Of a DNA stretch of 64,000 nucleotides, positions 61,114 to 64,000 are shown piece by piece. The translations under genes and the position numbers were made by a program. The stretch lies in the NCBI GenBank assembly GCA_963666345.1, contig OY762721.1, forward strand, positions 1,632,001 through 1,696,000, given 5' to 3'. The notes under the pieces were generated by a model that worked only from the letters and a program-made list of their open reading frames with translations, made no database searches and had not been told where the DNA came from. Every line of letters starts with the position of its first letter. Within the stretch, counting starts at the first letter, position 1. The DNA is from Desulfatiglandales bacterium. Lineage in GTDB: Bacteria > Desulfobacterota > DSM-4660 > Desulfatiglandales > Desulfatiglandaceae.

Positions 61114-61470
61114 CTACAGCAGGCCATTGTCCTTTAATGTCGTCATCGACCTTTGACCTATATTGGTTACCATACTCAAGACCCTTGTCAACTCGGTAAC
61201 GGATTCCGGGCCCACCCCTGAATTTATCATGGCCCGGCACTGATCAAGTGCCCTGTCGATTTCATCCCACGGTTCATCAGGCGCCAGGTTTTTTGCCAGA
61301 TGTATTTCCTGGGAGATCATCCCCACAACTCCCCTTATCACCTTTTCAGCTCCCTGCCTTTCCTGAAACGGTAAATCCACCAAACCGCCCAGCAGATGAG
61401 AGATCCAGACAATGCCCGATTTAATCTTCTCGCTCTGTGAAAAGGCCATGATAGCCTGTTTAACGCTCAT
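61114..61470 (-). CDS. Hypothetical helical protein
   Basis: GGAAGGGGG RBS, 118-aa protein-like ORF co-oriented with larB. Confidence 0.75.
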   Translation of the reverse strand: MSVKQAIMAFSQSEKIKSGIVWISHLLGGLVDLPFQERQGAEKVIRGVVGMISQEIHLAKNLAPDEPWDEIDRALDQCRAMINSGVGPESVTELTRVLSMVTNIGQRSMTTLKDNGLL

Positions 61471-61919
61471 GAAAATCCCCCTTCCTGTATTGGACTTCAG
61501 CTGTCCATGTCTCCATAACCATGCTCAACACCTTAACCCTTCACCCTTTGGATCTCAAGCATTTTTGGCGAAATCCATCCTTCCGAATCCACCATCTGAT
61601 TTGGATACAGTGATGCAAATCAATGGATCTGGAAAGGATCCCCTGGACACCGAGGTGTCAGATGCAGGGCTTAAGAGATCACAGGCAATCCCGCTTAAGC
61701 GGGACAGATGATTCATTGATAGCGGGTCGGGGTCATCCTTTTCCCTTGACCCTTTAGTCATTTACATATATCTATTTACTGCGGAAAGTCGAAGAGCCCT
61801 TACCCATGAGATCTCTTTTCACAGAAAAATAATAACAAAATTCAAGGGTATCAAAAAACCGTTAAGTTAGTCTGCCTGATCAGACTGCCACAAAAATCGC
61901 GATAAAAAAGGATGGGAAC

Positions 61920-62483
61920 ATGTATAATGCAAGTGATCTAAGAAAGGGCCTTAAGCTTCAGCTTGACGGTGAACCATACATCATTACCGAGTTTCAATTT
62001 AAAAAACCGGGAAAGGGTCAGTCTCTCTACCGTTGCAAACTGAAGAATATGATTACAGGGCTGACCATGGACAGGACCTACAGATCCGGAGATACCTTTG
62101 AGAGCCCCGACCTCGATGAAAGGACCATGCAGTACCTGTACAGCCAGGAAAATGAGTTCTGTTTCATGGATGTGGAGAATTATGAACAGACCTTCCTTAA
62201 CGAGGAACAGGTGGGAGAAGCAAAAAATTATCTGCTGGATAACCTGGAAGTGGATATCCTGCTGTTCAAGGGAAAGGCAATTGGCATAACCCTTCCCAAT
62301 TTTGTAGATCTTGCGGTCACTGCCGCTGATCCATGGGTAAAAGGAGATTCTGTTGCGGGGGACACAAAACCCGTAACCGTTGAAACCGGATATGAACTCC
62401 GGGTGCCCCCCTTTATTGAAGAGGGCCAGAAAATCACCATTGACACCCGGACGGGAGAATATGTCACACGAGTCAAGGGATAG
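61920..62483 (+). CDS. efp: Elongation factor P
   Basis: KPGKG, YLY, KGD...KP...ETG, VPPFI, DTRTGEY. Confidence 0.98.
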   Translation: MYNASDLRKGLKLQLDGEPYIITEFQFKKPGKGQSLYRCKLKNMITGLTMDRTYRSGDTFESPDLDERTMQYLYSQENEFCFMDVENYEQTFLNEEQVGEAKNYLLDNLEVDILLFKGKAIGITLPNFVDLAVTAADPWVKGDSVAGDTKPVTVETGYELRVPPFIEEGQKITIDTRTGEYVTRVKG

Positions 62484-63414
62484 CCTCTTTATTGAAGAGA
62501 AGAGGAGGCTTGACCACCGTAAGGGGCGCCTTATGAGGCGTTCCCGAATGATTAATTCAATCAGAAATTTCTTCCTGGATCACGATTATCTGGAGGTGGA
62601 AACCCCTCAGCTTATCCCCGCACCTGCCCCTGAGACCCACATCGACGCAATAAAGGCGGAAGGCTTTTTTCTTCATACATCTCCCGAGCTTTGCATGAAG
62701 CGCCTGCTGGCGGCAGGTTTTCCACGCATTTTCCAGATAACAAAATGTTTTCGCAATAACGAAAGGGGAGAATTTCACCTTCCCGAATTCACCATGCTCG
62801 AATGGTACCATTCAGGTATCGAATACCGTCAGCTCATGGAAGAGTGCAGGGAGTTGATATTGAACGTTTCCGAGCAGCTCGGCTCCCCGAATAAAATCAG
62901 ATACAGAGGCAGGGATTGCGGTCTAAAAAGCGACTGGGAAAAAATTTCAGTATCCCGGGCCTTTGAAAAATACTCGCATCTCAGCATGAAGGATTCCCTT
63001 GATAAGGGGCTTTTTGATGTAATGATGGCGACGGAGATTGAAATTCATCTGGGCACATCGACTCCGACTTTTCTTTATGACTATCCGGCTTCACATGCGG
63101 CGCTTTCAAGGCTTAAGCCGGGGAACCGGGCTCTGGCGGAAAGGTTTGAGCTCTATGCCTTCGGCCTGGAATTGGCCAACGGTTTTTCAGAATTGACCGA
63201 TGCCGGGGAGCAGAGGAGGCGGTTTGAGAAAGAGCGTATCAGCAGGCAGATACTTGGAAATGACATCTACCCTATGCCTGAAAAGTTCCTGCAGATCCTT
63301 GATCACATGCCTCAGGCTTCAGGTATCGCCCTCGGCCTGGACCGGCTTGCGATGCTCTATACTGACAGCACCAAGATAGACGACGTAGTCGCCTTTACGC
63401 CGGAGGAACTCTAA
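62461..63414 (+). CDS. epmA: EF-P lysine aminoacylase
   Basis: EVETP, LHTSPELCMKRLL, PEFTMLEWY, ELANGFSEL, GIALGLDRL; no anticodon domain; adjacent to efp. Confidence 0.94.
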   Translation: MSHESRDSLFIEEKRRLDHRKGRLMRRSRMINSIRNFFLDHDYLEVETPQLIPAPAPETHIDAIKAEGFFLHTSPELCMKRLLAAGFPRIFQITKCFRNNERGEFHLPEFTMLEWYHSGIEYRQLMEECRELILNVSEQLGSPNKIRYRGRDCGLKSDWEKISVSRAFEKYSHLSMKDSLDKGLFDVMMATEIEIHLGTSTPTFLYDYPASHAALSRLKPGNRALAERFELYAFGLELANGFSELTDAGEQRRRFEKERISRQILGNDIYPMPEKFLQILDHMPQASGIALGLDRLAMLYTDSTKIDDVVAFTPEEL

Positions 63415-63614
63415 GGCCCTCTCTCCATAAAATACACCCCTGCCGCTTCCCGGCTCCACGGTCTGATTCAGACATCGGTACGAAGATAAAAGTATTCGGA
63501 AAAAGCCGCGGTTACCGGCAAGGTGTCAGATGCAAGTCGAGGCCGCAAAACCGGGAACCCGCCCCGGGCATATCAAACGGCAGATAATGACTTTTTATCC
63601 AGGACACGATTTTC

Positions 63615-63643
63615 TTGCTTGCTACTTGATATCCATATATAGT
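63615..63643 (+). promoter_or_regulatory. Sigma70-type promoter
   Basis: TTGCTT-17 nt-TATAGT upstream of the terminal ORF. Confidence 0.5.
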
Positions 63644-63696
63644 ATTTGATAGCGGGTATTTTTGAGATCTCGATTTGTGAATGATTGGTGGTTTTT

Positions 63697-64000
63697 ATGG
63701 GGGTTTCAACTCAACAAATAACAAACACCCACACGCTCAAGCGTTCATCTTCAGCCGGGGCTGGGAAATGCCTTTCCTGCGGCTCTCAACTGCCGCGAAG
63801 GGGCTGCAGATACTGCTCAAAGGAGTGCCGGCAGCATTTGGTATGGGTACTTTCTTTATCAAAAGGCCTTCTCAGGACCTTTAACACCAGGTATGCGGCA
63901 TTTTCATTCACTGATGATCATGTGATACTGGATGTTCTTTCGGTTTGGTCAAAGGTCATATCCAGATTTGTCTATCAGAGAACCAATGGCAGAAGGCCCG
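63697..64000 (+). CDS. Partial ORF with N-terminal Cys cluster (probable zinc-binding); runs off window
   Basis: Not in ORF track; open frame MGVSTQ...KCLSCGSQLPRRGCRYCSKECRQHL...FNTRYAAFSF... to the window end. Confidence 0.7.
   Translation, partial: MGVSTQQITNTHTLKRSSSAGAGKCLSCGSQLPRRGCRYCSKECRQHLVWVLSLSKGLLRTFNTRYAAFSFTDDHVILDVLSVWSKVISRFVYQRTNGRRP

Noticed and set aside
63681..63884. 67-aa ORF from the track
   Set aside because: An overlapping frame from 63697 with a CxxC...YCSxxC motif, open to the window end, is more plausible.

Overview
A bacterial chromosomal segment. Gene content and order point to an anaerobic Desulfobacterota ('deltaproteobacterial') organism; this is inference only. 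Bases 1-~11,400 look like a decayed genomic island next to the 3' end of a tRNA-Gln(CTG)/tRNA-Glu(CTC) pair. It holds a broken tyrosine integrase and signalling genes: a PAS kinase with a NarL-type regulator, a lone receiver, an orphan LivJ-type binding protein, a 3-receiver hybrid kinase and CheR. The rest is mostly core genome: an Opp/Dpp ABC operon, sahR-metK-ahcY, panC/rsmA/tsaD (frameshifted), the lysC-tsaE-acpS-pdxJ-ybeY-phoH cluster, mreBCD-mrdA-rodA, rpmH-rnpA-yidD-yidC-jag-mnmE, a TPP-riboswitch-controlled ABC transporter, a CHASE2 cyclase, dtd, larB and efp-epmA. Two things stand out. (1) Four genes of the four-helix-bundle (TIGR02436/23S-IVP, Avd-like) family sit inside operons. The three fully visible copies are bracketed by INVERTED arrays of 7-9-mer repeats that would fold the gene out as the loop of a long mRNA stem. 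In one case folding puts a split SD-like run 5 nt from the downstream ATG. Gene-less versions of these arrays occur between genes and in-frame inside coding sequences. (2) A ~182-nt rod-shaped structured element with covarying stems and a conserved central bubble (6S-RNA-like architecture) occurs as a 3 x 293-bp tandem array after mnmE and as a diverged copy at 18.7 kb. All calls are by eye; no searches were run.
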